A DNA stretch of 64,000 bases from NCBI GenBank assembly GCA_036556265.1, contig DATBJU010000091.1, positions 4,230 to 68,229 on the forward strand, written 5' to 3'. The position numbers and the translations under genes were made by a program. Positions 51,545 through 61,722 of this stretch are shown here, one piece after another. The notes below the pieces were generated by a model. The model did not search any database, was not told the origin of the DNA, and saw only the letters and a list, made by a program, of their open reading frames with translations. Numbering within the stretch: position 1 is the first letter of the stretch; each line of letters begins with the position of its first letter. This DNA comes from Xanthobacteraceae bacterium (GTDB lineage Bacteria; Pseudomonadota; Alphaproteobacteria; Rhizobiales; Xanthobacteraceae).

Positions 51545-52012
51545 TCAATTTTCCTCGTCCGTCTCTCTCCGCACCTCACGCCGGATCGTCACGCGTTCGC
51601 GCGACGGCACATGCATCAGCTCGGCGGCCCGCCAGACAACGTTGTCCTCGAACTCGCTCAACGCGCCGTCCGAATACGCGACCTCAAACATCATCTTGAC
51701 CACGCGCCGCCGCGCCTCGTCACTGCACGCGCGGTTGAGCACGCTCGTGAACTGGTACAGATCGACCGCCTCGAAGTCCGCTTTGACTGCGGATTCAACG
51801 AGCCGGTCGGCCTCTCCGAGCCCAAGGTCGAAACGCTCAGCGAGCACAGCGCGGAGTTTGTCGCGTTCGCTTTCGTTGAATTCGCTGTCGGTGGTGGCGA
51901 CGTGGACAAGGAGCGCGGCTGCGGCGAGCCGAAAGTCGGACTCGTCGAACGTCTCCGGATCGCGCGTGCCGCCGGTGATCTCCGAGATGAATTCGCCGAT
52001 CGATCGCAGCAT
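51545..52012 (-). CDS. TerB family tellurite-resistance-like protein
   Basis: About 155 aa, acidic helical protein with the ...ADSEFNESERDKL.../...YSDGALSEFEDNVV... repeats typical of TerB. ATG at 52010-52012. Confidence 0.6.
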   Translation of the reverse strand: MLRSIGEFISEITGGTRDPETFDESDFRLAAAALLVHVATTDSEFNESERDKLRAVLAERFDLGLGEADRLVESAVKADFEAVDLYQFTSVLNRACSDEARRRVVKMMFEVAYSDGALSEFEDNVVWRAAELMHVPSRERVTIRREVRRETDEEN

Positions 52013-52150
52013 CGCCAAGTGTCCGCTCGGCCCAATCTACCGTCCGGATATACCTACCGGGACACGCTACCGCCACTCCACTACCCATGTGGCTGCTGTC
52101 GCGCCCCGAACCCGCTATAAACCGGCCCCTGATGCTGTCGGAGGTGGGAA

Positions 52151-53113
52151 ATGCTGCGCTGTGTGGCGCTGGACGACTACCAGAGCGTGACTCGCAAATT
52201 CGGCGACTGGAAAGGGCTCGCGGACAAAGTCGAGCTTGAGGTCTTCACCGATCACATCGAGGACCCCGGCGCGGTCGCTGCCGCCCTCGCCGATGCGGAC
52301 ATCGTGATCGCCATGCGCGAGCGCACACCGTTCGACCGCCCCCTCTTCGAGCGCCTCCCGAAGCTGAAACTCCTCGTCACCACTGGAATGAGGAATGCTG
52401 CGATCGACATAAGGGCCGCAACCGACCACGGTGTAACCGTCTGTGGCACGGGCCTGTCGCCGAGCCCGACGGCCGAATTGACCTGGGGCCTCGTTCACGC
52501 CCTTTTGCGTCACGTTCCGTCCGAATACGAAAATCTTCGACGCGGCGGAAGGTGGCAGCTCACCGTTGGCCGCGAACTCGCGGGCAAGCGCCTCGGGGTA
52601 ATCGGCCTTGGCCGGCTCGGCTCGCGCGTTGCGCGCGTCGGCCTCGCGTTCGAAATGAAGGTCTCGGCCTGGAGCAAGAACCTGACATCCGCGCGTTGCG
52701 CTGAGCTCGGCGTCGAGCAGGCGGGCTCACTCGACGACCTGCTGCGCAACGCCGACATTGTCACGATCCATCTCGTGCTGAGCGCTCGTACGCGAGGTCT
52801 GCTCGGCACGCGTGAGCTCGGCTTGATGAAACCGACGTCCCTCCTGGTCAACACCTCACGCGGACCGATCGTCGACGAAGGAGCGCTGATCGAAGCGTTA
52901 CGGAGCAAAACGATCGCCGGCGCCGGACTCGACGTTTTCGACCAAGAGCCGCTTCCCATCGGCCACCCCTTCCGCAGCCTCGACAACGTCGTCGCAACTC
53001 CACACCTTGGCTACGTCACAGAAGAGACGTATCGCATTTGCTATGGCGAAGCGGTCGAAGACATTGCCGCCTGGCTCGCGGGCAGGCCGGTACGCGTAAT
53101 CGCTCCAGCCTAA
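52151..53113 (+). CDS. D-isomer-specific 2-hydroxyacid dehydrogenase family protein
   Basis: 320 aa with NAD motif GVIGLGRLGSRVA and catalytic contexts NTSRGPIVDE and TPHLGY. RBS GGAGGTGGG. Confidence 0.85.
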   Translation: MLRCVALDDYQSVTRKFGDWKGLADKVELEVFTDHIEDPGAVAAALADADIVIAMRERTPFDRPLFERLPKLKLLVTTGMRNAAIDIRAATDHGVTVCGTGLSPSPTAELTWGLVHALLRHVPSEYENLRRGGRWQLTVGRELAGKRLGVIGLGRLGSRVARVGLAFEMKVSAWSKNLTSARCAELGVEQAGSLDDLLRNADIVTIHLVLSARTRGLLGTRELGLMKPTSLLVNTSRGPIVDEGALIEALRSKTIAGAGLDVFDQEPLPIGHPFRSLDNVVATPHLGYVTEETYRICYGEAVEDIAAWLAGRPVRVIAPA

Positions 53114-53823
53114 CGCCGCTTCTCGGCGACACCGAGCAAACGCGCCTGCGTCGCCTCATCGGCTTTCAGCGACGCGCTCGCGGCGCAATAGACGATTTGC
53201 CCGCGGTCGAGAATCACCGCCTGCTGCGTGATAGAAAGCGCGAGCTCTGCTTTCTGCTCGACAAGCAGCATCGTAAGTCTCGACTCCTTCTGCACACGTT
53301 CAAGCGCTTCGACCAGCGCTTCGACCACTACCGGTGCGAGGCCTTCGAGCGGCTCATCGAGCAGAAGCACCTTCGGCGCTCCGACCAGAGCGCGTCCGAT
53401 TGCGAGCATCTGCTGTTCACCGCCCGACAGGCGGTTGCCGGTGTTCTTCCGCCGCGCTTTCAAAGCCGGAAACAGATCGAACACTGCATCGATCGTCCAG
53501 CCTCCCGGATGCAGCGATACCGCCATGTTCTCCTCGACGGTCAGCGAGGGAAATATCTCCCGCTCTTGTGGCACGTAGCCGAGGCCCAACTCATTGCGCT
53601 GATGCGTCGGCTGCAGTTCGATCGCCTGATCACCGAGGCGGATGGCGCCGCTGTGCAGCGTCGTCAGACCCATGAGTGTCGCAAGCAAGGTGGTCTTGCC
53701 GACCCCGTTCCGTCCGAGTACGGCGAGCGTGCCGCCCGCGGGCACCGCAATCGATACGCCATCGAGCACGACGGTCGGCCCATAACCCGCGCGCAAATCC
53801 CTTATATCGAGCGCGAGACTCAT
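53110..53823 (-). CDS. livF: Branched-chain amino acid ABC transporter ATP-binding protein
   Basis: 237 aa with Walker A GRNGVGKTT and LSGGEQQMLAIGRAL. Last gene of the liv operon. Confidence 0.88.
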   Translation of the reverse strand: MSLALDIRDLRAGYGPTVVLDGVSIAVPAGGTLAVLGRNGVGKTTLLATLMGLTTLHSGAIRLGDQAIELQPTHQRNELGLGYVPQEREIFPSLTVEENMAVSLHPGGWTIDAVFDLFPALKARRKNTGNRLSGGEQQMLAIGRALVGAPKVLLLDEPLEGLAPVVVEALVEALERVQKESRLTMLLVEQKAELALSITQQAVILDRGQIVYCAASASLKADEATQARLLGVAEKRR

Positions 53824-54575
53824 CGTACGCTCCGGCCGAGATAGACCGCGCGCACTTCGGGGTCGGCGGCAATTTTCGCCGGCGTACCGCTCGTCAGTAT
53901 CTTTCCCTGCACCAGGACCGTGATCTCGCGCGCAAAGCGGAACACCACGTCCATGTCGTGCTCGATGATGAGAATCGCGATTTCCGGCGGCAGCCGCTCG
54001 AGTACTTCATGGATCACGTGCGACTCCGCTGCGGGCACGCCCGCCGCCGGCTCATCGAGCAACAATACGCGTGGCTTGAGCGCAAGCGCGATCGCAATTT
54101 CCAGAAGGCGTTGCTTGCCGTACGGCAATTCGGCGACGCGCCTCTCCGCCACGTCGGCAATGCCGATCTCCAGCAGTCGCTCCTCAGATTCCTTCAAACA
54201 GGCCCGCCATTCCTTGCTAAAGCGGAAATGGCGCCAGGCAATGTTATCGCGCTCGGCGATTGCAATCGCTACGTTGTCGCGAACGCTCGTTTCATTCAAG
54301 AGGGTGTTGATCTGATGCGTGCGCGCGAGGCCGCGTCGCACGCGCGTTTCCGGCTTGAGCCGATCGATCGCCTCGCCGCCGAGATGGATCGTGCCGGCAT
54401 CCGCCGACAGCATGCCGGTCAATAAGTTGACGAGTGTGGTCTTGCCCGCACCGTTCGGCCCGATCAGTCCGACTCTCGCTCCCGGCATCAGATCGATATC
54501 AATGTTCTGAGCTACGACCAGGCCGCCGAAATTCTTGCACAGCCCGCGGACCGAAAGCACCGGCGCGACAGTCAT
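53820..54575 (-). CDS. livG: Branched-chain amino acid ABC transporter ATP-binding protein
   Basis: 251 aa with Walker A GPNGAGKTT and the LivG-type LPYGKQRLLEIA. Confidence 0.88.
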   Translation of the reverse strand: MTVAPVLSVRGLCKNFGGLVVAQNIDIDLMPGARVGLIGPNGAGKTTLVNLLTGMLSADAGTIHLGGEAIDRLKPETRVRRGLARTHQINTLLNETSVRDNVAIAIAERDNIAWRHFRFSKEWRACLKESEERLLEIGIADVAERRVAELPYGKQRLLEIAIALALKPRVLLLDEPAAGVPAAESHVIHEVLERLPPEIAILIIEHDMDVVFRFAREITVLVQGKILTSGTPAKIAADPEVRAVYLGRSVR

Positions 54576-55576
54576 TTGGAATCTGCTTTTCGGATTCGAC
54601 CGAGGACACTGCGCATCACGCGCCCGAGATCCATGAGGCCGCCTTCAAGGAACAGTACCGTTGCAATCAACATCAACCCGACAATGAACTCCCAAAAGTA
54701 CGGACTCACTTTCGCGGACCAGTCCTGCACCAAGAGATAGATCGTGGCGCCGACAAACGCACCGTACAGTCGACGGATGCCGCCGAGGATCAGGATCACG
54801 GCGACAATGCCCGAGGTGAACAGGCTCAACACCGACAAGCCGACAAAGCGCGTCGCGTGCGTCGACAACGCGCCTGCCGAACCGGCCATCGCTGCCGATA
54901 GCGTGTAAATGGCCAGCAGCCGCCACCATACCGGCGTTCCGATAGCGCGCATCCTGCGCGGATTCTGGCGGATACCGTCGAGCGAGCGGCCGAACGGCGA
55001 ACTGACCACCCGCCAAGCAATCACAAACCAGATAAAGAGAACGACCAGCGCGTACAGATAGGCGGTCTGTCCGAACATCGTGAACTCGAACAACCCGAAC
55101 AGGGGCGCGATATTGACCCCCTGCAGCCCGTCGTCTCCGCCCGTCAATTTGGTTGCCTGGTTCGCATATTCGAACATGACGGAGACGATAGCGAGAGTGA
55201 GCATGAGGAACGTGACGCCGGTGGTGTGCAGAATGAGCGCTCCGGTCACGAGCCCGAACAGCGCAGTCACAGCGACAGCAATCAAGTGTCCAAGGATCGG
55301 ATCGGAAGAGACGTGGATCGCGAACAACCCCGCCGCATACGCTCCGAAGCCGAAAAACGCTGCCTGTCCCAGCGTCACGATGCCGGCATATCCGAGGGCG
55401 AGATCAAGCGAGAGCGCGAATAGAATCCAGATCAATACCTGCGTGCCGAAGCTCAGATAGCCCCCCGCCAGGAAGAAGAAAGCCACTGCGATCGCCCAAG
55501 GCAACGCGTGCCCGACGACGGACAATTGACCCGTTGCGATTGCACCGAGACCGGTGGCCGGGTTCGGAGTAGCCAT
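54572..55576 (-). CDS. livM: Branched-chain amino acid ABC transporter permease
   Basis: Polytopic LivM-type permease. ATG at 55574-55576, 2 nt after the livH stop, with an alternative GTG at 55621. Confidence 0.85.
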   Translation of the reverse strand: MATPNPATGLGAIATGQLSVVGHALPWAIAVAFFFLAGGYLSFGTQVLIWILFALSLDLALGYAGIVTLGQAAFFGFGAYAAGLFAIHVSSDPILGHLIAVAVTALFGLVTGALILHTTGVTFLMLTLAIVSVMFEYANQATKLTGGDDGLQGVNIAPLFGLFEFTMFGQTAYLYALVVLFIWFVIAWRVVSSPFGRSLDGIRQNPRRMRAIGTPVWWRLLAIYTLSAAMAGSAGALSTHATRFVGLSVLSLFTSGIVAVILILGGIRRLYGAFVGATIYLLVQDWSAKVSPYFWEFIVGLMLIATVLFLEGGLMDLGRVMRSVLGRIRKADSK

Positions 55577-55578
55577 CG

Positions 55579-56448
55579 TCACGCCAGAGATTTCGGCGGC
55601 AGGATACCCTGCGGCCGCCACAGAAGCAGTGCGAAAACTGCTGCGTAAAGAAGATACGGCGCGGCAGCGGCGACGAAATACTTTCCGGTCGTATCGATGA
55701 TGCCGAGTGCCATCGCCGCGACGAATGACCCTTTGAAGCTACCCTCGCCACCGACGATGACCACGACCAGGAAAAGCACCACGTATTTCAGCGCGTAGGA
55801 CGGCTCAAGCGATAGGATCCCGGCGCCGATCGCACCCCCCAAGCCGGCGAGCGCAGTTCCGACAATGAATGTCGCGGTGAACAACAGACTTACGTTCATT
55901 CCTACGGCACGCGCCATTCGCGGATTGTCGACGGCGGCTCGCAATTTCGCCCCGTACAGGGAGCCCTCGATCAGCAACCAGAGGATCAACGCGATGATCC
56001 CGCCAACCAGGATCAAGAACAGGCGATAGGCCGGATAGGTGCGGAAACCTATGTCTAACGGCTGGGTGAGATAGACCGGAAACTCGACACGGTATGGAAA
56101 CGCGCCGAAAATTTCTGTGATCAGTGCCGTAACGACGAACACAATACCAATCGTCAACAGTACCTGTGCAAGCTCCCCCTTGCGGTAGAGCGGCCGGATC
56201 ACGGTCACCTCGCACAGCGCGCCGAGCAGACCCGCGGCGACCGTCGCGAGCAACAACGCGAGAAAGAAATCGACCCCATGCTGGGTCAGATACCCGGCCA
56301 CGTAACCGCCGATCATGGCGAATGAACCGTGCGCGAGATTGATCACCCGCATCAGCCCCATCGTCACGGTCAGGCCGACCGAAATAATGAACAGCACCAT
56401 CCCGTACGAAATGCCGTCGAGAAGAACCGTCAACGCGAACGAAAGCAT
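55579..56448 (-). CDS. livH: Branched-chain amino acid ABC transporter permease
   Basis: 289 aa with LVLFIISVGLTVTMGLMRVINLAHG, typical of LivH. Confidence 0.88.
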   Translation of the reverse strand: MLSFALTVLLDGISYGMVLFIISVGLTVTMGLMRVINLAHGSFAMIGGYVAGYLTQHGVDFFLALLLATVAAGLLGALCEVTVIRPLYRKGELAQVLLTIGIVFVVTALITEIFGAFPYRVEFPVYLTQPLDIGFRTYPAYRLFLILVGGIIALILWLLIEGSLYGAKLRAAVDNPRMARAVGMNVSLLFTATFIVGTALAGLGGAIGAGILSLEPSYALKYVVLFLVVVIVGGEGSFKGSFVAAMALGIIDTTGKYFVAAAAPYLLYAAVFALLLWRPQGILPPKSLA

Positions 56449-56535
56449 TGGGTCGACGTCATCCGGGTTCGAGTTGAAATGCCTGCGCGCGGAACTGCTT
56501 GTGTTCCGCGCGCAGCCGAATTGCCGTGGCCTGGC

Positions 56536-57732
56536 CTAGCGCTTGACCGGATTGTCGATCTTCCACGGATCCTTGACCATCGGGATCGTCGCGATATCGA
56601 CATTTTGCAGCTTCCCGCCGACCTTCTCGATCCGCCGAATGTAGATGTTTTGGATGATGTCACGTTCCTCGGGATCGATCATGATAGGCCCGCGCGGGCT
56701 GGCGAGCGTCTTCCCTTTCATTGCGTCGATGTACTTGAGGCCATCGGCCGACGCCCCGTGCTCGCGCAGCGCGATGTAAATCAGGGCCATCGCGTCCCAA
56801 GCACCAACTGAGGCGATATCGGTGACCCCCTTCTCGCCGAACTGCTTGATCAGTTGGTCACGCATGATCTTGTTCTCGGGACGCGTGTTTGTCTCGGTAT
56901 AGTGGTTCACCGAGATCGTCCCAATCACGTCATCGGAGAAATGCGGCAGATACAGCTCCGCGAACTCTCCGTTGCCGAGCAGCTTGATGCCGGCCTGCTT
57001 CAACCCGCGCTCGCTGAACGCCTTCACGAAAGAGATCGAGGGCGAGCCACCGGGCTGGAACATGTAAACCGCATCGGGCTTGGCCTGCAGCGCCTTTTCC
57101 ATGTAGACGGCGAAATTCGTCTCGCGCAGCGCAGTCCGGTCGGCGCCCACAATCTCGCCGCCAGCCGCCTTGAACGATTTGTGAAAATAGGCCTCGGCGT
57201 CGTGACCCGGCGCGTAGTCGCTGGTGATCGTGTACACCTTCTTGATGCCGTTTTCCGCCGCCCACTTGCCGATCGCTTGACCCCACTGCGGGATCGTCAA
57301 GCTTGTCCGCACGTAATACGGAGAGCCCCGGGTGATCGAGGCGGTCGCCGCGTTCATGACCACAATCGGCACTTTGGCTTGTTTGGAGATATCCGCGACC
57401 GACATCGCATGCGGCGACAATTCGAACCCGCCCAACATGCTCACCTTTTCGCGCAGGACCAGTTCCTCCGCCAGTTGTTTCGCCTTGTCCGGGCCGGCGC
57501 TCCCGGCGTCGCGATACACAAGTTGCACGTCGATGATTTCACCCTTCGGGCCCTTTACCGATTTGCCGTGAATCGACTGGAACGCCTCGATCGCGTTCTG
57601 GAACTGAGTGCCCCAGGTTGCGAAGGCGCCGGTGTAGGACGCGATAAGACCGATCTTGAAGGTTTCCGCGCTTGCCGAGCCCGTCATTGCGACGACCCCG
57701 AGCGCGCAGATCCCAGACAGCAATTTCCTCAT
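56536..57732 (-). CDS. ABC transporter substrate-binding protein (LivK/type I periplasmic binding fold)
   Basis: 398 aa from MRKLLSGICALGVVAMTGSASA (signal peptide). First gene of the liv-type operon. ATG at 57730-57732. Confidence 0.85.
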   Translation of the reverse strand: MRKLLSGICALGVVAMTGSASAETFKIGLIASYTGAFATWGTQFQNAIEAFQSIHGKSVKGPKGEIIDVQLVYRDAGSAGPDKAKQLAEELVLREKVSMLGGFELSPHAMSVADISKQAKVPIVVMNAATASITRGSPYYVRTSLTIPQWGQAIGKWAAENGIKKVYTITSDYAPGHDAEAYFHKSFKAAGGEIVGADRTALRETNFAVYMEKALQAKPDAVYMFQPGGSPSISFVKAFSERGLKQAGIKLLGNGEFAELYLPHFSDDVIGTISVNHYTETNTRPENKIMRDQLIKQFGEKGVTDIASVGAWDAMALIYIALREHGASADGLKYIDAMKGKTLASPRGPIMIDPEERDIIQNIYIRRIEKVGGKLQNVDIATIPMVKDPWKIDNPVKR

Positions 57733-58055
57733 TTGCACTCCTCCCATTGTGCCGGCCGGGCTCTGCATGGCGCTCGCAGACAGGAGCGCGTCACCCCCAT
57801 GCGGCTTCCCGACGTTGCAGGTTTTTTTTCATCCGTTTCTCGGACATCAGACTATGCCGATTTCGGATTGGCAACGAATACGCGAGTTCGCGCGGTCACC
57901 TTTTCGAATCCGCCGCAAATGGAGCGCAAACGTTTGAAATGCGGGCGCTTTTTTGCTGTGCCCAAGTTGGTGCCAGGCAATCGACTGGCTACAGCCGTCC
58001 CATTGATGCGTGGGCAACGCCTTGCGATCGCGCTTTTACTGATTGGGAAGCCGTG

Positions 58056-58130
58056 TGGTGCCGGCAGAGGGATTTGAACCCCCGACCCCCCGCTTACGAA
58101 GCGGATGCTCTACCGCTGAGCTATGCCGGC
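58056..58130 (-). tRNA. tRNA-Thr (anticodon CGT)
   Basis: Reverse complement GCCGGCATAGCTCAGCGGTAGAGCATCCGCTTCGTAAGCGGGGGGTCGGGGGTTCAAATCCCTCTGCCGGCACCA. It has a standard cloverleaf, anticodon loop TTCGTAA and encoded CCA. Confidence 0.92.
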
Positions 58131-58200
58131 CAATACGCGATCCTTCAGGCATTTGAACGATCGCCATTCGTGGCCCTGATAGCGGGGCCATGTGCCTAAT

Positions 58201-59733
58201 TCAAGGACTCGGCCCCGCGAGCCAGTCGAGCAGACGGAAGCGTCTGCGCGAAGACGCATTCTCGGCCTCCGCTTGCGGACCCGGATCGTCCGGAAGCGGC
58301 GGCTCCGCGATCACCGGCTCGGCGGCCTTGCGGCGCGGCGCGGCGCGTACGCGCGCGGGCTCGATCGCTACGGACGCGGGCGCCTGCCGGCTCGCCTTCG
58401 CAGCGGCTTCCGCGAGTGCCTGCTGCGCCACCTGCTCCAGGACCGGACCAGCGATCGCCTCCGGCGGAACGGTCCACGCGAATGCATCGAGTCTGCCGCT
58501 GATCGGAGAGATCGGCAGCCAGCGCTCCGAAACATAGCCGTCCGCGACCCAGGCCGGGTCGCGCCGCGCGCGCACTGCCCGCGCAGTCCATTCGCGCGCC
58601 TTGCCGTGATCGCCGTGCTCGGTCGCCTCGATTTCCGCCATCAAGAGACACACTCGTTGCGTCGGTTCGGCAAGCAGCGGCGCGAGCACTTCGCGCGCCT
58701 GCACAAAGTCGTGCGCATCCATCGCTGCACGTGCAACTGCGAGCAACGATTCACGATGCGCTGGTGCTTTTAGCGCGAGCGCCTTTGCGCGATCGAGCCG
58801 CTCCTGCGCGGTGTCGCCCGGCCGCAGATCTGAATACACCTCGGCAAGCTCGGGGTGCGGAGCTGCCGCGAATGCCTTCTCAATCATGCGCGCGGCGCGC
58901 CTTACGTTTCCCGCCAACGCTTCCACGCGACCAGCGATGGCAACCGCCGGAACGAGGTCTGGAGCAAGTCGCGCGGCGCTGGTCGCAAACTCGCGCGAGC
59001 GCGCGGCATCTGTCTCTTCCAGCGCGACGGCCTGCGCAGTCATCAACACAGCGCGCCGGCGTCTCCCAATCGCCTTGTCGATCGCTTTGGCTGCGATTTG
59101 TCGTTCGAGCGCCTCCAGCGCTCCGCCCCAATCACCCGCGCGGCATCGGAATTCGATAACAGCGTCGCCCGCCCAGCTAAGCGCCGGGTCGGCTTCGGCG
59201 GCTTCTTCGGCGAAGGCAAGCGCCGCGACGGGATCGGAGCGCCGTATCGCTTCGACAAACAAGCCATGCAGGCCGAGCAGCCTCGTTTCTTCATGAGCGA
59301 GCATGCCGCGGAAGTCCGCTTCCGCGCTTTCTGCGTCGCCGCCGAGCTGCGCAGCCTGCGCGGAAAGGAGCAATGTCAGCGGCTCACCTGCAAGTAGCTT
59401 GCGGGCCTCCCCTGCCGAGCGCCTCGCAACCAGCACATTGCCCGTGCCAACCGCAATCAGCCCTCGCGAGACAGCGCGCCAACCGCGTAGCTGCCTTCGC
59501 TCCTCGACGAAATCCGCGACGCGCTGCGGCGAACGCAGCAGGACGCGAATCAGCGACCAGCCCACGATTGCAACCGCGATCACGACCAACAGTGCAGCCC
59601 CCGCGACCATCAGCGAAGTTGAAATACGCCAGCCCTGCCAGGTCATGACGATTTCGCCGGGCCGCTCGGCAAACCAAGTGGCGCCAAGCGCCATCACCGC
59701 GATCGCAGCAAGGAAGACGGCGATACGAATCAC
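58201..59733 (-). CDS. hemY: HemY-like membrane protein (HemY N-terminal domain plus TPR-like repeats)
   Basis: 510 aa from the GTG at 59733 (GTGA overlap with the upstream gene). Two N-terminal TM segments (IAVFLAAIAVMALGATWF; MVAGAALLVVIAVAIVGWSLI), then helical repeats. Lies after hemC-hemD-mic60. Confidence 0.8.
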   Translation of the reverse strand: MIRIAVFLAAIAVMALGATWFAERPGEIVMTWQGWRISTSLMVAGAALLVVIAVAIVGWSLIRVLLRSPQRVADFVEERRQLRGWRAVSRGLIAVGTGNVLVARRSAGEARKLLAGEPLTLLLSAQAAQLGGDAESAEADFRGMLAHEETRLLGLHGLFVEAIRRSDPVAALAFAEEAAEADPALSWAGDAVIEFRCRAGDWGGALEALERQIAAKAIDKAIGRRRRAVLMTAQAVALEETDAARSREFATSAARLAPDLVPAVAIAGRVEALAGNVRRAARMIEKAFAAAPHPELAEVYSDLRPGDTAQERLDRAKALALKAPAHRESLLAVARAAMDAHDFVQAREVLAPLLAEPTQRVCLLMAEIEATEHGDHGKAREWTARAVRARRDPAWVADGYVSERWLPISPISGRLDAFAWTVPPEAIAGPVLEQVAQQALAEAAAKASRQAPASVAIEPARVRAAPRRKAAEPVIAEPPLPDDPGPQAEAENASSRRRFRLLDWLAGPSP

Positions 59734-60935
59734 GATTGCTTGCGCCCTGCGCCGGTTGCGAGCGCAGCGTCGATGAGCCGACGCACGGTCTGCTCGGCGT
59801 CGCGACGCTGCGTCGCGGCCGCGATCCAAGCCGACGCCGCCGACTTCACACTCGCCGGCAACGACTCGACCTCAGCGAGCGCCGCAGCGAGGTCACCTCG
59901 CCCGAGCTTCGTTTCGACTCGCGCGATCACCTCTCCAGCGCTGTTTCCTTGTGGCTCGCCCACAGGACGCACCTCAACCAGCCGTGACGCGTTGCTGAGA
60001 AGTCGCGCGAGCACACCGTTATCAGAAGCGGACGGACGCAACAGCCGCGGCGCAAGTTCCGAGAAACGCTCGGCGAGCGCAGCAACGCTTGGCACGCCAT
60101 TGTCGGCGTAGGGCTCGAGCAGCGCTAGCGGCCCGGCACGGTCGCCGAGCCGCGCACGCGCCGCTTCGAGCTCCTTCGCGAACGGGCGGCCGGATTGCAC
60201 CGCGTCGGACAGCGCGTTGAGCGCACCGATCTCCAACGCGAGCGACGATGCGGCCGCAGCCGGTCGCGCCGCTGCGAGCGTAGAAATTCGCTCTTCAAGC
60301 CCGGCTATGCGATCGGTCAAGGCATCGACCGCTTGCGGCGTGGCCGCAGGCGGAGCCTGCTCGGCCATTCGCCGAATGTCCGCAAGCGCACCGCGCAGGT
60401 CTTTCAGCGTTGTTTCGATCGCCGCGGTACGTTGGTTGACCGTGGTGAGATCGGGCGGCTGCGGCAGAGGCCGCCGTTCCAACGAGGCGAGGCGCTGTTC
60501 GGTTTCGCCGATCGCTGAGGTCAGCCGATCCAGCCGCTGTCCGAGCGCGCCCGGCTCCGCAAACGTGGGCGTGCGGCTCGTCAGTGTCTCGACCCGTGTG
60601 GAGAGGTTCTTAACTTCCTGTGCAAGTTCGCTCACCTGCGTGTCGCTGCTCCCGCGACCGCCAAAAAGCACCATGAGTGCGAATACGAGTACCGCACCCG
60701 CCGCCACCCCGACCACACCGGTCACCTGTGCATTCGTCAACAGCCCACGCCAGTCAAACGCATCGGACCGTACTTGCTCGTCTGTTTTCGGCTGTTCGGG
60801 TCTTGTCGCCTTTGGCGCTTCGGCGCGTGACAGCTCGGGCCGAACCTCGGTAGCCTTCAGATCAAGGGTGGGCGGTCGCCGCCGCCGCCTTGTGCCGCGC
60901 GGTGGATCTCCGTCGGGGCGGTCGCCTTTCGCCAT
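59730..60935 (-). CDS. Mitofilin/Mic60-family inner membrane protein (alphaproteobacterial Mic60, COG4223)
   Basis: 401 aa with a basic N-terminus, one TM (VTGVVGVAAGAVLVFALMVLFGG) and a long coiled-coil. The C-terminus VIARVETKLGRGDLAAALAEVESLPASVKSAASAWIAAATQRRDAEQTV matches the mitofilin-domain pattern. Lies between hemD and hemY. Confidence 0.75.
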   Translation of the reverse strand: MAKGDRPDGDPPRGTRRRRRPPTLDLKATEVRPELSRAEAPKATRPEQPKTDEQVRSDAFDWRGLLTNAQVTGVVGVAAGAVLVFALMVLFGGRGSSDTQVSELAQEVKNLSTRVETLTSRTPTFAEPGALGQRLDRLTSAIGETEQRLASLERRPLPQPPDLTTVNQRTAAIETTLKDLRGALADIRRMAEQAPPAATPQAVDALTDRIAGLEERISTLAAARPAAAASSLALEIGALNALSDAVQSGRPFAKELEAARARLGDRAGPLALLEPYADNGVPSVAALAERFSELAPRLLRPSASDNGVLARLLSNASRLVEVRPVGEPQGNSAGEVIARVETKLGRGDLAAALAEVESLPASVKSAASAWIAAATQRRDAEQTVRRLIDAALATGAGRKQS

Positions 60936-61008
60936 GGTTCCTCATTCGAACCGCGTGAATCGGACTGCCTTGAACGGATAGACCCGCCGACCCATGCCTG
61001 CAACCTCC

Positions 61009-61722
61009 TCAACGTCCGAGCAGCGCCACCAATTCGGCCTCGGTTGGTCGCGCCGCGTACTCCGCACTGATGCCAAGTGGCGCGAGCTCCTGCGCTACCG
61101 CCTGCGAAAGACACAGGTGGCGAGGCCTTCCTGCCGATTCCACTAGACCGTGGCGGACCACCAGCGTAACGAACGTCGCGGCGGTTCGTGGAGAAAAGTG
61201 GAGCACCGCGCTGAGCCGGTCTCGCGACAGAGCATCGACGGTCGCCGGCGCAAATGCGGCAGAAGGACGTGCACGGTAAAGAACGAGCACTTCCACCACG
61301 ATGCCGGCACCTGACTTCGGCGCCGCCAGATCCCTCGACCGGTCCTCCCCGGCAAGGTGAAGCACGCGAGCGCCCGCCGTTAGCCTTGCCGACAGCATCT
61401 GCGCGAGCGAGGCGGCATCGCCGTTCGCGACGACGACCTTCTCGAATCCGGCGGTGCGCGCAGCGTCCGCCGTGTGCGTTCCCACCGCGTACAGCGGAAT
61501 CTTCCGCAAGGGCTCGAGCTCCGCAGTGGCGGTGGACACGCGCACGGCGTTCGCGCTCGTTGCCGCCAGCGCCGCGAACGGCCCGGCGGGGAGTTGGCCG
61601 ATCGGCAACGATTCGATGGTCAACAGCGGATCGAGGATAACCTCGTGTCCGAGCTCGGCGAGCCGCTTCGCAGTTCGCCCGGCGTCCGGTTGCGGCCGCG
61701 TTACCAATACCCGCATTGTCAT
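61009..61722 (-). CDS. hemD: Uroporphyrinogen-III synthase
   Basis: 237 aa with MRVLVTRPQPDAGRTAKRL. Two-lobed HemD-like sequence with ATGA overlap with hemC. Confidence 0.82.
   Translation of the reverse strand: MTMRVLVTRPQPDAGRTAKRLAELGHEVILDPLLTIESLPIGQLPAGPFAALAATSANAVRVSTATAELEPLRKIPLYAVGTHTADAARTAGFEKVVVANGDAASLAQMLSARLTAGARVLHLAGEDRSRDLAAPKSGAGIVVEVLVLYRARPSAAFAPATVDALSRDRLSAVLHFSPRTAATFVTLVVRHGLVESAGRPRHLCLSQAVAQELAPLGISAEYAARPTEAELVALLGR

Noticed and set aside
56854-58077. 407-aa plus-strand ORF
   Set aside because: It is antisense to the liv substrate-binding protein gene and runs across the intergenic region into tRNA-Thr, so it is an artefact.
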